From contig JBJBCN010000003.1 in assembly GCA_047285805.1 (NCBI GenBank), positions 896,001-960,000 of the forward strand: 64,000 bases of DNA, given 5' to 3'. Shown here in pieces: positions 51,926 through 62,812 of this stretch. The position numbers were made by a program, and so were the translations under genes. The stretch comes from Synechococcus sp. Lineage in GTDB: Bacteria > Cyanobacteriota > Cyanobacteriia > PCC-6307 > Cyanobiaceae. Each line of letters opens with the position of its first letter. The stretch's first letter is position 1. The notes beneath the pieces are model-generated. The model did not search any database and was not told the origin of the DNA. It saw nothing but the letters and a program-made list of their open reading frames with translations.

Positions 51926-52338
51926 TGGCTGGCTTTGGCACGTCCGCTCAGCCCTGTCCCTGCGGGGGGGAGCGTTACGCCAACTGTTGTAAGCCATTCC
52001 ACCTGGGTACAGCACGTCCTGAGACCGCTGAGCAGTTGATGCGTTCGCGCTACAGCGCCTTCAGCCGGAACCTGATCGACTACTTGATCGAGACCCACCC
52101 CTCCTCAGAACCCATGGCCGAGCGTCGCCAAGCCCTGAAGGTGAGCAACCGCGGCGTCCGCTGGACTCGGCTGCGGATCAGCGCCACTGAGGCTGGGGGG
52201 CCGGCCGACCTGAGCGGCATGGTGACCTTTGAGGCCCACTACCGCCAAGCCGGCCAGATGCACGTCCTGAGGGAGTGCTCCCGTTTTGGCCGCGAGGGTG
52301 AGGTGGCAGGCGGTCGTTGGCTCTATCTGGCGGCTTAG
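51925..52338 (+). CDS. YchJ-family protein (SEC-C motif)
   Basis: CPCGG...CC...H, TAEQLMRSRYSAF and ECSRF...WLY. Confidence 0.9.
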   Translation: MAGFGTSAQPCPCGGERYANCCKPFHLGTARPETAEQLMRSRYSAFSRNLIDYLIETHPSSEPMAERRQALKVSNRGVRWTRLRISATEAGGPADLSGMVTFEAHYRQAGQMHVLRECSRFGREGEVAGGRWLYLAA

Positions 52339-52340
52339 GG

Positions 52341-53474
52341 CTAGTTCAAGCAGGCCATCGGGTGACGGTTGCCCACTCCCAGGGCTTTGGCGACGCCGGG
52401 ATGGCAGACGGAGCCACCGACGGTGTTCAGGCCGGAGACCAGTTCGGGCCGGTCGGTGACTGCTTCGATCAGCCCCCGTCCGGCGATCGCCAGGATGTAG
52501 GGCAGGGTGACACTGACCAGGGCTTCGGTGGAGGTGTAAGGCACGGCGCCAGGCATGTTGCCAACGGCGTAGTGCTGCACGCCGTGGATCGTCATCACCG
52601 GATCGGTGTGGGTCGTCTCCCGGCTGGTGGCGATGCAGCCCCCCTGGTCGATGGCGACATCGACGATCACGGAACCGGGCTGCATCTGTTTGACGAGGTC
52701 CTCGCTCACCAGGGTGGGGGCTCGATCACCTGGACGCAGCACCGCGCCGATAACGAGGTCGGCGCTGGGAATCAGCCGCTCCAGGCGGCCGACGCTGCTG
52801 ACCAGACTCACCATTCGCCCCTGTCGCGCTGGCTCCAATTGCCGTAGCCGCTCGGGGGAGAGATCTAGGAGCAGAACTTCTGCGTCCATCGCTGCGGAGA
52901 CCCTGGCTGCATTCCAGCCGACGCTGCCGGCCCCCAGGACCACCACCCGGGCGGGGCGAACGCCGGTGCAGCCGCCCATGAGTACGCCGCGCCCGCCGTG
53001 CGGTTTCTCCAGCAGGTGCGCTCCCACCTGGGCTGCGAGCCGGCCGGCGATCTCGCTCATCGGCGCCAGCAGGGGCAGGCTGCCGTCGGAGAGCTGGACC
53101 GTCTCGTATGCAATGGCGGTGGTGCCGGCCTCGATCAGGGCTTGGCCGACAGCGGGGTAGGCGGCGAGGTGCAGGTAGGTGAAGAGCACCTGATCGGCTC
53201 GGAGGAAGGGGAATTCCTCCACCTGGGGCTCCTTGACCTTGACCACGAGGTGGGCACCCCAGGCCTCCTCGCGGCTGACCAGTTCGGCCCCGGCGGCCAG
53301 GTAGGCCGCGTCCTCGATACCGGCGCCTGCTCCGGCGTTCTGCTCCACCCGAACCGAGAGGCCATGGCTCACCAGCTCGCGCACGGCGTCTGGCGTCAGG
53401 GCTACCCGCTGCTCATCGGGTTTGACTTCCCGTGGCACCCCGATGCTGGATATCGGTGCGATGGAGCCGGCCAT
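52341..53474 (-). CDS. ald: Alanine dehydrogenase
   Basis: GVPREVK, KVKEP, FTYLHLAA, PMSEIAGR, DVAIDQGG and NMPGAVP motifs; start at ATG 53474. Confidence 0.96.
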   Translation of the reverse strand: MAGSIAPISSIGVPREVKPDEQRVALTPDAVRELVSHGLSVRVEQNAGAGAGIEDAAYLAAGAELVSREEAWGAHLVVKVKEPQVEEFPFLRADQVLFTYLHLAAYPAVGQALIEAGTTAIAYETVQLSDGSLPLLAPMSEIAGRLAAQVGAHLLEKPHGGRGVLMGGCTGVRPARVVVLGAGSVGWNAARVSAAMDAEVLLLDLSPERLRQLEPARQGRMVSLVSSVGRLERLIPSADLVIGAVLRPGDRAPTLVSEDLVKQMQPGSVIVDVAIDQGGCIATSRETTHTDPVMTIHGVQHYAVGNMPGAVPYTSTEALVSVTLPYILAIAGRGLIEAVTDRPELVSGLNTVGGSVCHPGVAKALGVGNRHPMACLN

Positions 53475-53521
53475 GGCAGACCTTCGATCTCCTCCACCAT
53501 GGCGGTGGTCGTCGCCTCTGG

Positions 53522-55207
53522 CTACTGGCCGGCCGCCGCGATGGGCATCCGCCAACCGCTCCCGAAGGCCCGCGGGCTGAGCTTGAGCACCGGCGGCGCC
53601 TGGCGCCGCTTGAACTCGGCTCGACGCAGCAGACCCATCACCCGCTCGGCGAGAGCAGGATCCGTGCCCTGTTGGCTCAACTCTTCGGGGCTTTTGTGCT
53701 CTTCGAGTAGGACCTTGAGCAGTGGATCGAGAACGGCGTAATCCGGTAGAGAATCGCTGTCCTTTTGATCGGGGCGCAACTCAGCGCTGGGGGTTTTTGC
53801 GCGAATCGCCGCTCCGATCAATTCTCCTTTTGCCGGTAGTCCCAGCTCCTGGCGCACCGCTTGTGCGGCCTCCGAGTCGATCCAGTCGCAGAGATGAAAC
53901 ACGGTGGATTTGTAGAGGTCGCCGATCACTGCGAGCCCCCCATTCATGTCGCCATAGAGGGTGCAGTAGCCCACGGCTAGTTCGCTCTTGTTGCCCGTGG
54001 TCAGCAGCAGTTGCCCCTGTTGGTTGGCCACCGCCATCAGCAACGTGCCGCGGATGCGGGATTGCAGGTTTTCCGCCGTCACGCCCGCCGGCGTTCCCCC
54101 CAAGGGAGCGCTCAAGGCGGTATCAAACCCCCCCATCAAGCCCTCGATTGGCACGGTTTGGGTGTGGATGCCCAGCCGTTTGGCGAGGTCCAGGGAGTCG
54201 TTGATCGACCCCTCGGAATTCCAGGGGGAGGGCATCAGCAGCGCTTGCACCTGCTCGGCGCCGAGAGCCGCCGCCGCAAGCACCGACACCAGGGCGGAAT
54301 CGATGCCGCCGCTAAGGCCCAGTAGCGCTTTGCCGAAGCCGCACTTGCGCGCGTAATCACGCACCCCCAGCACCAGGGCCCGCAGAAGCAGTTCCTCATC
54401 AGAGGGGATGGCGGCCGCATCGGCGGTCGCGCCGGGTTGCCAGCAGGCCAGATCCGCTGCGCCGAAGGCCAGCTGCGCACCCACGGCTCCGTTAGCGGTG
54501 CTGACGAAGCTTCCGCCATCGAAGATCAGCTCGTCATTGCCTCCCACCTGGTTGACGTAGATCACCGGAGCGCTCAAACGCTGGGCCGCACTCTTCGCGA
54601 GCTCCCGCCGTAGTTGCGGTTTGCCCTGGCCGAAGGGGGAGGCCGAGAGATTGATCAGCAGGTCTGGGGCCATGGCCGCCAAGTCCCCGACGGGATCTCC
54701 ACCGAGCAGCCGTTGGCTGTGCAGTTGCTCCTCGACCCAGAGGTCCTCGCAAATCGTCAGGCCCAGGCGCCAGCTGCGGCCGTTCCGCTCGAGCTCCAGC
54801 AGGCAGGGCTCTTCGGCCGGGCGGAAGTAGCGCCGTTCATCGAAGACGTCGTAGCTGGGAAGCAGGCGTTTGCGCGCCACGATCCACCAGCTGCCCTTTT
54901 CCACCAGGGCCACGCTGTTGAACAGATCCGGTTGCTGGCCATCGCGAACCGTTTCGCTGACCCCCAGCAGCAGTGCCTGCTCAGCCGGGAGATCGCGGGC
55001 GAGCGCATGCAGCACGTCGTCCTGCCGTTGCCGCAGGGACGGCCGCAGCAGCAGGTCCCGCGGGGGATAGCCCCAGAGCGCCAGTTCCGGCGCGACCACC
55101 AGATGGGCTCCGTCTGCTGCTGCGCGGCGGCAGGCCGCCAGCAGTTGGACGCCATTGCCTCTCAGGTCCCCCACCAAGGGATTGATCTGGGCCAGGGCGA
55201 TGAGCAT
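53522..55207 (-). CDS. nadE: Glutamine-dependent NAD+ synthetase
   Basis: Nitrilase domain (PEL, K, ICED) plus GLSGGIDS, ENLQSRIRG and SAELRPDQKD. Confidence 0.96.
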   Translation of the reverse strand: MLIALAQINPLVGDLRGNGVQLLAACRRAAADGAHLVVAPELALWGYPPRDLLLRPSLRQRQDDVLHALARDLPAEQALLLGVSETVRDGQQPDLFNSVALVEKGSWWIVARKRLLPSYDVFDERRYFRPAEEPCLLELERNGRSWRLGLTICEDLWVEEQLHSQRLLGGDPVGDLAAMAPDLLINLSASPFGQGKPQLRRELAKSAAQRLSAPVIYVNQVGGNDELIFDGGSFVSTANGAVGAQLAFGAADLACWQPGATADAAAIPSDEELLLRALVLGVRDYARKCGFGKALLGLSGGIDSALVSVLAAAALGAEQVQALLMPSPWNSEGSINDSLDLAKRLGIHTQTVPIEGLMGGFDTALSAPLGGTPAGVTAENLQSRIRGTLLMAVANQQGQLLLTTGNKSELAVGYCTLYGDMNGGLAVIGDLYKSTVFHLCDWIDSEAAQAVRQELGLPAKGELIGAAIRAKTPSAELRPDQKDSDSLPDYAVLDPLLKVLLEEHKSPEELSQQGTDPALAERVMGLLRRAEFKRRQAPPVLKLSPRAFGSGWRMPIAAAGQ

Positions 55208-55791
55208 TAGGGAGCGATCTTTGCGGTGAGACCATAGAGATTGTGCTTGAGCAGTTCCGGCCAGAGCACCTTGGGAATAGACCGGCTGTCCTCTCCGCCG
55301 CGAATTGCGGAGCTGGCCGTGGCTGGGACAGGCAGCTCCAGCAGTTCAACCGCGGCTCCCAGCTCCCGGAGCCGCTTGAGCGCGCCATCCGCGATGGGGT
55401 GCCCCTGGCGCGGCACCACCGTCAAGCGGCAGCGTTGCAGTAGTGCTTGGGCCTGAAACCAGCTGGGGATTTGTCCGGCTAGATCGCCACCGACGACGAA
55501 CACGAGCTCCCCATCGGGCCAGCGCTTGGCAGCGCGATCGAGGGTTTCAATCGCTTTGGGACTGCTGAGGTCCTGGGCGAGTTCGATCTGGGGGCTGCCC
55601 AGGCTGTCGATCAGCGTGCCCAGCAACTGGGCACGCAGCGGCAAGGGAGCCTCGTGCTGTTTGAAGGGGTTGTCGCTGGCCCAAGCCAACACGTGGCCGT
55701 AGCGCTGGGCGAGGCCAAGCAGCAGCGCCCGATGCCCTTCTGTCGGCGGGTCGGCACTAGTGCCGAACAGGGCTAGCTCGCCTCCGCTCAC
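55207..55791 (-). CDS. nadD: Nicotinate-nucleotide adenylyltransferase
   Basis: FGTSADPPTEGH, NPFK, VGGDL...W and ASSAIR motifs; GTG 55791 overlaps the upstream stop. Confidence 0.92.
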   Translation of the reverse strand: MSGGELALFGTSADPPTEGHRALLLGLAQRYGHVLAWASDNPFKQHEAPLPLRAQLLGTLIDSLGSPQIELAQDLSSPKAIETLDRAAKRWPDGELVFVVGGDLAGQIPSWFQAQALLQRCRLTVVPRQGHPIADGALKRLRELGAAVELLELPVPATASSAIRGGEDSRSIPKVLWPELLKHNLYGLTAKIAP

Positions 55792-57125
55792 GGCAGCAGG
55801 TTGCCGGACGGGATCGCGCCCCCACCCATGCGCTGCCACTGCTGCAGCCAGTCGCGCACCTGCGGTTCCTGGCCCGCTAAGCGCCGCAGCAGGGACGCGG
55901 GCCGAAAGCGGCCCCGTTGAGAGCTGCGCAACAGCTCCGCCGCCGCCAAACGTCCTGTGCGACGGGTGCTATAGACGGCAAGGGCGGCTTGGGCCATGGC
56001 CACCGGCGCGGCAGGGGCCAGGCTTAGCCCACCACTGAGGGGGGCCGCCAGGAGTAGCACCTGCCGTAGTCCCCCAAGCAGCAGTTGGATGCCCAATTGC
56101 GTCCCCCCCAGCAGGGCGTTCTGGGCGGAGAGCCGCGTCAACAGGGCCCGGGCCCCGCTGCTGCTCATCTCCAGGTCGTAGAGCTTGCAGAGCTGCAGCA
56201 CTAGCGCGGTGTCGATCGCAAAGCCGCCGGCGAGATCCAGCAGCAGCAGCGGGTTAGCCGCCACTCCCGTGGCTTTCATCGCCGCATAGCGACCGATAAG
56301 TCCCTGGGCGGCGGCCTTGCCGCGCTTCAGGCGCCAGGCGTGCAGGCTTTGGCTGAAGCGATCGGCGGCCCTGAGCCCGTTGAGGCCCAGCAGCAGCGAG
56401 CCCTGGTCCTGGAGCAGCTCCAATAGGGCCGTGCGCAAGGGGTCGATGCGGGCCGGTTGCGGTTCGCTGCGCACCCGGCCCCCCTCCAGCAGGACCGCCC
56501 TCCGCGGGGCGGCGGCCACCGGCAGGATCTCAATATGCTGTGCCTGGAGGGGCAAGCGGGAGCGGATGCTCTTGATCAGGGCCGCCCGCTCACCGCTCGG
56601 CCAGTTGTCGATGCGATTCAGCACCAGCAGCACCGGTTTGCCGGCGCTGAGCAGCTGCTCGATCGCCTCGGCTTCCGGGGTGCTTAAGTCGCTGTCGAGT
56701 ACGAGCAGGACCAGGTCCGCCCCAAGAGCGACCCGAGCCGCCAGGCGATGCCGGGCCCGGGCGGCGATCTCATCAATGCCTGGGGTGTCCACCAACTCGA
56801 TCTGACTGAGCTCTGGCACCTGCACCCCCCAGGCTTCGCGCTGCTGGCGGCGGGTGCAGCCGTGGGCCACATCCGTGGCGAAGACCGGCTTCTCCAGCAG
56901 GGCGTTGAGCAGGCTGGACTTGCCCACGCCCACCCGGCCAAAGACCGCCACCCGCAGCCGGCGCTCTTTAAGGGCCAACAACTGTTGATCCAGGGTCCGC
57001 AGTTCCGGCTCGAGCAGCGAACGCTCCCGGTCGCTCAGTCGCAGGTCTCCCCTCCACTGCGAGAGCAGAAGCGCGCAGCGTTCAGCGGTGGAGGGTTGAG
57101 GCAAGGTCACGGGCCTGTACGCCAT
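55788..57125 (-). CDS. Era-like GTPase with DUF697 C-terminal domain
   Basis: GRVGVGKSS (G1), DTPG (G3), NRID (G4) and hydrophobic C-terminus; start approximate (ATG 57125 or 57146, or GTG 57110). Confidence 0.85.
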   Translation of the reverse strand: MAYRPVTLPQPSTAERCALLLSQWRGDLRLSDRERSLLEPELRTLDQQLLALKERRLRVAVFGRVGVGKSSLLNALLEKPVFATDVAHGCTRRQQREAWGVQVPELSQIELVDTPGIDEIAARARHRLAARVALGADLVLLVLDSDLSTPEAEAIEQLLSAGKPVLLVLNRIDNWPSGERAALIKSIRSRLPLQAQHIEILPVAAAPRRAVLLEGGRVRSEPQPARIDPLRTALLELLQDQGSLLLGLNGLRAADRFSQSLHAWRLKRGKAAAQGLIGRYAAMKATGVAANPLLLLDLAGGFAIDTALVLQLCKLYDLEMSSSGARALLTRLSAQNALLGGTQLGIQLLLGGLRQVLLLAAPLSGGLSLAPAAPVAMAQAALAVYSTRRTGRLAAAELLRSSQRGRFRPASLLRRLAGQEPQVRDWLQQWQRMGGGAIPSGNLLP

Positions 57126-57172
57126 GCATTGAAGCGGTTGTGCCATCGTCGCGCTCAGCACCGCTCGCTTCC

Positions 57173-58495
57173 ATGTCGCTCGCCCCGGACGTTTTTGCCC
57201 AGCGCCGTGCTCGCTTCTTTGAGGCCCTCGGTGGTGCCGCCGCGGTGATTCCCGCCGCTCCGCTGGTGACCCACCATGCCGACTGCGAGTGGCCGTTTCG
57301 CCAGAACAGTGACTTCTGGTATCTGACGGGCTTCGATGAGCCCGACGCCGTCGCCCTGTTTCTGCCCCACCGGCTCGAGGGGGAGCGATTTGTTCTGTTT
57401 GTCCAGCCCAAGGAACCCAGCGCCGAGGTCTGGATGGGATTCCGCTGGGGCTGTGAAGGTGCCGTGGAGCGCTTTGGCGCTGACCTGGCCCACCCCCGGG
57501 AGGAGCTGGCCGAAAGGCTCGCGGACTACTTGCGCGGTGCCGAGGGCATTGCCTTCCGGGTGGGCAAGCACCCCCAGGTCGAACCACACGTGTTGCAGTC
57601 CTGGGCCGGCCAGCTCGATCGCGCGCCCCGCAGCGGTGCGGCGGCCCTGGGCCTGGTGGCGCCCTGCCCGCTGCTGCATGCACTGCGGCTACGCAAGAGC
57701 CCTGAGGAGATCATGCGCATGCGCGAAGCGGCGCGCATTTCCGCCGAGGCCCATGAACTGGCCCGTCAGGTGGCTCGCCCGGGGCTGAATGAGCGCCAGG
57801 TGCAAGGGGTGATCGAGCAGCACTTTCTTGAGCAGGGGGCACGAGGTCCGGCTTATGGCTCGATCGTCGCCAGCGGGGACAACGCCTGCGTTCTGCACTA
57901 CACGACGAACAACGCAGTGCTCAACGACGGTGACCTGCTCTTGATCGACGCCGGTTGCTCCCTGAACGACTACTACAACGGAGACATCACCCGTACCTTC
58001 CCGGTCAACGGTCGCTTCAGCCCTGAGCAGCGTGCCCTCTACGAGCTTGTGTTGGCCGCCCAAGAGTCCGCCGTGGCCGTCGTGGCTCCGGGGCAGACTG
58101 CTGAAGCGGTCCACGACACAGCCGTTCGGGTGCTCGTGGAGGGTTTGGTGGACCTGGGCCTGCTCCGCGGTGAGGTGGACGGGATCATCGAGCAGGGGGC
58201 CTACCGCCATCTCTACATGCATCGCACCGGCCATTGGCTGGGCCTCGATGTCCATGACGTCGGCGCCTATCGCCTGGGTGAACACCATGTGGGCCTCGAG
58301 CCCGGGATGGTCCTGACCGTTGAGCCGGGTCTATATGTCAGCGACCGGCTGCCGGTCCCCGAAGGCCAGCCGGAGATCGAAGAGCGCTGGAAGGGCATCG
58401 GCATCCGGATTGAAGATGATGTCGCCGTAACCGAGCACGGCCACGAGAACCTAACGGCGGCCGCCCTCAAGGCTCCAGCGGCGCTGGAGCGCTAG
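57173..58495 (+). CDS. pepP: Xaa-Pro aminopeptidase P
   Basis: FRQNSDFWYLTGF, DITRTFP, HWLGLDVHD, TVEPG and GIRIEDD motifs. Confidence 0.96.
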   Translation: MSLAPDVFAQRRARFFEALGGAAAVIPAAPLVTHHADCEWPFRQNSDFWYLTGFDEPDAVALFLPHRLEGERFVLFVQPKEPSAEVWMGFRWGCEGAVERFGADLAHPREELAERLADYLRGAEGIAFRVGKHPQVEPHVLQSWAGQLDRAPRSGAAALGLVAPCPLLHALRLRKSPEEIMRMREAARISAEAHELARQVARPGLNERQVQGVIEQHFLEQGARGPAYGSIVASGDNACVLHYTTNNAVLNDGDLLLIDAGCSLNDYYNGDITRTFPVNGRFSPEQRALYELVLAAQESAVAVVAPGQTAEAVHDTAVRVLVEGLVDLGLLRGEVDGIIEQGAYRHLYMHRTGHWLGLDVHDVGAYRLGEHHVGLEPGMVLTVEPGLYVSDRLPVPEGQPEIEERWKGIGIRIEDDVAVTEHGHENLTAAALKAPAALER

Positions 58496-59244
58496 GCGAT
58501 CGCCTGCTCCAAAGCCGCCAACACCGCTTTGGTGCCGGGAATGACCGCGTCCGCCCCGGCTTCGCGCAACTGGTCCTCATAGGCCGCGAGCCTGGGGCTG
58601 CTGTGAAGGTGTGGCGGAGCCACCGCCAGGCTGATGAAGCGCTGATCCGGTTTAGCTTGGCGCGCCTGCACCACGGTGGTGACATCGGCCACGGTGTCAC
58701 CGAGATAGGCCACAGGCACCGACGGGGGAGCCAGGGCACTGGCGAGTTGCAGGAATCCGCTGGGATCGGGTTTGTCGGGGGCATCCCCCATGGCAATCAG
58801 GGGCGGCCTTTCAAGCCCCAGGCGGGTGTGGAGCACGAACCGTGCCGATGGCCGTTCAGCGCCGCTGACAAAGCCCCAAACCACATTGGCCGCCGAGAGC
58901 GCGGCAAACAAGGCCGCGTCCACCAGCAGGGGTTCATTGCGGATGAAGCCGCTCCAGTCCGCGGGATCACCCTCTGGATCCCCACCGAAATAAAAGCCGT
59001 TGAAAACCTCCACCAGCGCCTCAAAGGCCGGGAGGTCCTGCTGACCCTGCCGGCGCAGCAACTCCAGGGAGGCCACCCAGTCATTGTTCCAGCAGCCCTC
59101 GGCCTTCAGGGCATCAATGCTCTCGGGGCTGGGGCGCTGGCCGCTGTAGTGATGCACTGTCTCCACGATCGCTTTGCGGTAACTGCCCCCCACATCGCGG
59201 ATCACGCCATCGATATCGAACAGGAGAACAGCGCGCGGGCTCAG
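58492..59244 (-). CDS. HAD-superfamily hydrolase (TIGR01548-like)
   Basis: In-frame LLFDIDGVIRDV motif I, WNNDW, VSGA, KPDP and GDTVAD; start is uncertain and probably non-canonical (CTG 59244). Confidence 0.85.
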   Translation of the reverse strand: MSPRAVLLFDIDGVIRDVGGSYRKAIVETVHHYSGQRPSPESIDALKAEGCWNNDWVASLELLRRQGQQDLPAFEALVEVFNGFYFGGDPEGDPADWSGFIRNEPLLVDAALFAALSAANVVWGFVSGAERPSARFVLHTRLGLERPPLIAMGDAPDKPDPSGFLQLASALAPPSVPVAYLGDTVADVTTVVQARQAKPDQRFISLAVAPPHLHSSPRLAAYEDQLREAGADAVIPGTKAVLAALEQAIA

Positions 59245-59288
59245 GGGACTGGAGAACAGCGGCTGGTAGATTAGTTGTTTGTCATTAA

Positions 59289-59798
<510 letters not shown>

Positions 59799-59820
59799 TT
59801 CGCGGCTACCTCCTTACTCC

Positions 59821-59846
59821 AGCCCCCGCAGAGCGGGGGTTTTTTT
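59821..59846 (+). terminator. Intrinsic terminator after ycf65
   Basis: GCCCCCGC-AGA-GCGGGGG-TTTTTTT. Confidence 0.92.
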
Positions 59847-60183
59847 GTGCTTGCTAAGCGGCGCTGGCTCACCAACTGACCAAAGCTGCTGGCGGTGATC
59901 AGGCCTGGGCAGTGCTATCGAGATAGACGAAGGTGACGCCCCCCTGCAGGGTGATCTCCATCAGTCCCCCGGGTAGAGATGCTCAGTTCCGCAGCGCACG
60001 GCCTATATCTGTCCCTCGACGGCAAGTGGGTGTTCATCGGGCTTGGGCTTCGAGTGCTTTGCGGATGCTGTTGCGGTGGGCCAGGGCGCCGAGTTCCGGG
60101 GCTAGAAGATCAGGGGAAGGGCAGCAACAAAGGGCCCCCAAGGCAGAGCAACAGCCACAGCTTCTCAATCCACATCGATTTGG

Positions 60184-60229
60184 TCGGTTTGACCCAGGGG
60201 GGCATCAGAGCCCCCCTGGGTCAAACCGA
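60184..60229. repeat. Perfect 20-bp inverted repeat with 6-nt loop
   Basis: TCGGTTTGACCCAGGGGGGC-ATCAGA-GCCCCCCTGGGTCAAACCGA. Confidence 0.95.
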
Positions 60230-60273
60230 GAGTTGTGCCGAGGCCTATGGCTTGGAACTTGTGGGCTGAGCAT

Positions 60274-60298
60274 AAAAAAGCGCCCCCGCAGGAGCGCT
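60274..60298 (-). terminator. Intrinsic terminator of atpD-atpC
   Basis: Minus strand AGCGCTCC-TGCG-GGGGCGC-TTTTTT. Confidence 0.88.
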
Positions 60299-60321
60299 GA
60301 AGCGATCAATCGAGCCTGGGC

Positions 60322-60732
60322 TCAATTGTTGAGGGCTGCGGCCTGCACCCGGGCGCGGGCGCGTGAGAGGGCCTGTTGGGCCTTCAACTTGTCGGTGCTG
60401 GCGCCTTGACCTTCGAACTGGTTAGCGGCCGCGGTGGCTGCTTCCAGTTCTTTGCTTGCTTCATCAGCATTGATGGAGCTGCCGAGTTCAGCGGTGTTCA
60501 CCAGGACGGTGACTTCATCCGCTTCGATCTCAGCAAAACCACCCTGGAGGGCAATGGCTTTCCAGTCGTTGTTCTCGCGAACCCGCAGCACCCCGTAGTC
60601 GAGGGCGGTGAGCAGGGAGACGTGACCGGGAAGGATACCCAGTTGGCCCGTGGTGGAAGGAAGAATGACTTCGTCGGCGGGGCCGTCGAAGACGCTCTGG
60701 TCTGGGGCTAGAACTCGGAGGGTAAGAGACAT
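60322..60732 (-). CDS. atpC: F1 subunit epsilon
   Basis: LPSTTGQLGILPGH and GGFAEI motifs. Confidence 0.98.
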   Translation of the reverse strand: MSLTLRVLAPDQSVFDGPADEVILPSTTGQLGILPGHVSLLTALDYGVLRVRENNDWKAIALQGGFAEIEADEVTVLVNTAELGSSINADEASKELEAATAAANQFEGQGASTDKLKAQQALSRARARVQAAALNN

Positions 60733-60748
60733 CAGCTAACGCTCCGGA

Positions 60749-62209
<1,461 letters not shown>

Positions 62210-62309
62210 TTAAAGGAGAAGTAGCAGGGCGCGCAGTGGGACCAATCCCACTTGAAGCGGCGCAAACATACCACCGCGACCCGTCGTCCCGTCACCCCTC
62301 CCCGGCCCT

Positions 62310-62325
62310 GTTCGGTCAACCGCCC
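62310..62325 (+). promoter_or_regulatory. K-box-like element upstream of groESL
   Basis: GTTCGG-TCAA-CCGCCC versus the cyanobacterial K-box GTTCGG-NNAN-CCNNAC (one mismatch), upstream of CIRCE. Confidence 0.6.
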
Positions 62326-62363
62326 CGCGAGGTGGTTGTGAACGAGGGAAGCGCGCCCATAAC

Positions 62364-62390
62364 TTGGCAGTTAGGGGATGCGAGTGCTAA
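62364..62390 (+). promoter_or_regulatory. CIRCE element (HrcA operator) with degenerate left arm
   Basis: TTGGCAGTT-N9-GAGTGCTAA versus TTAGCACTC-N9-GAGTGCTAA; right arm perfect. Confidence 0.85.
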
Positions 62391-62479
62391 CTCGCGTTCC
62401 CAGGCGTGATTACGCCGCGACCCTGGCAGCGTCTCTGGCGCCATGCCAATGGTTTCGCCAACCAATCCGAATTCCATCC

Positions 62480-62791
62480 ATGGCTGCTGTTTCTCTCAGC
62501 GTTTCCACCGTCAAGCCCCTGGGCGATCGCATCTTCATCAAGGTCTCTGAGTCCGAAGAGAAGACCGCCGGCGGCATCCTTCTTCCTGACTCCGCAAAAG
62601 AAAAGCCCCAGGTGGGTGAAGTCGTGCAGGTGGGCCCAGGCAAGCGCAACGAAGACGGTTCCCGTCAGGCTCCTGAAGTGAGCGTTGGCGACAAGGTCCT
62701 CTACAGCAAGTACGCCGGCACCGACATCAAGCTCGGCAGCGACGAGTACGTCCTCCTGTCTGAGAAGGACATTCTGGCTGTCGTCAGCTGA
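62480..62791 (+). CDS. groES: Co-chaperonin GroES
   Basis: [23 protein letters not shown] and YSKYAGT motifs; start at ATG 62480. Confidence 0.99.
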   Translation: MAAVSLSVSTVKPLGDRIFIKVSESEEKTAGGILLPDSAKEKPQVGEVVQVGPGKRNEDGSRQAPEVSVGDKVLYSKYAGTDIKLGSDEYVLLSEKDILAVVS

Positions 62792-62812
62792 GTCCGACCC
62801 GTTTTTCACTAA

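Noticed and set aside
57147..57683. N-terminal ~180 aa of the 631-aa GTPase ORF
   Set aside because: Antisense to pepP and Arg/Pro-rich without motifs; the GTPase starts near 57110-57146.
59933..60409. Plus-strand ORFs 59933-60409 and 59979-60269 in the ycf65-atpC gap
   Set aside because: No motifs, both run through the 20-bp palindrome, and the longer one also crosses the atpC terminator into atpC; not supportable as genes.
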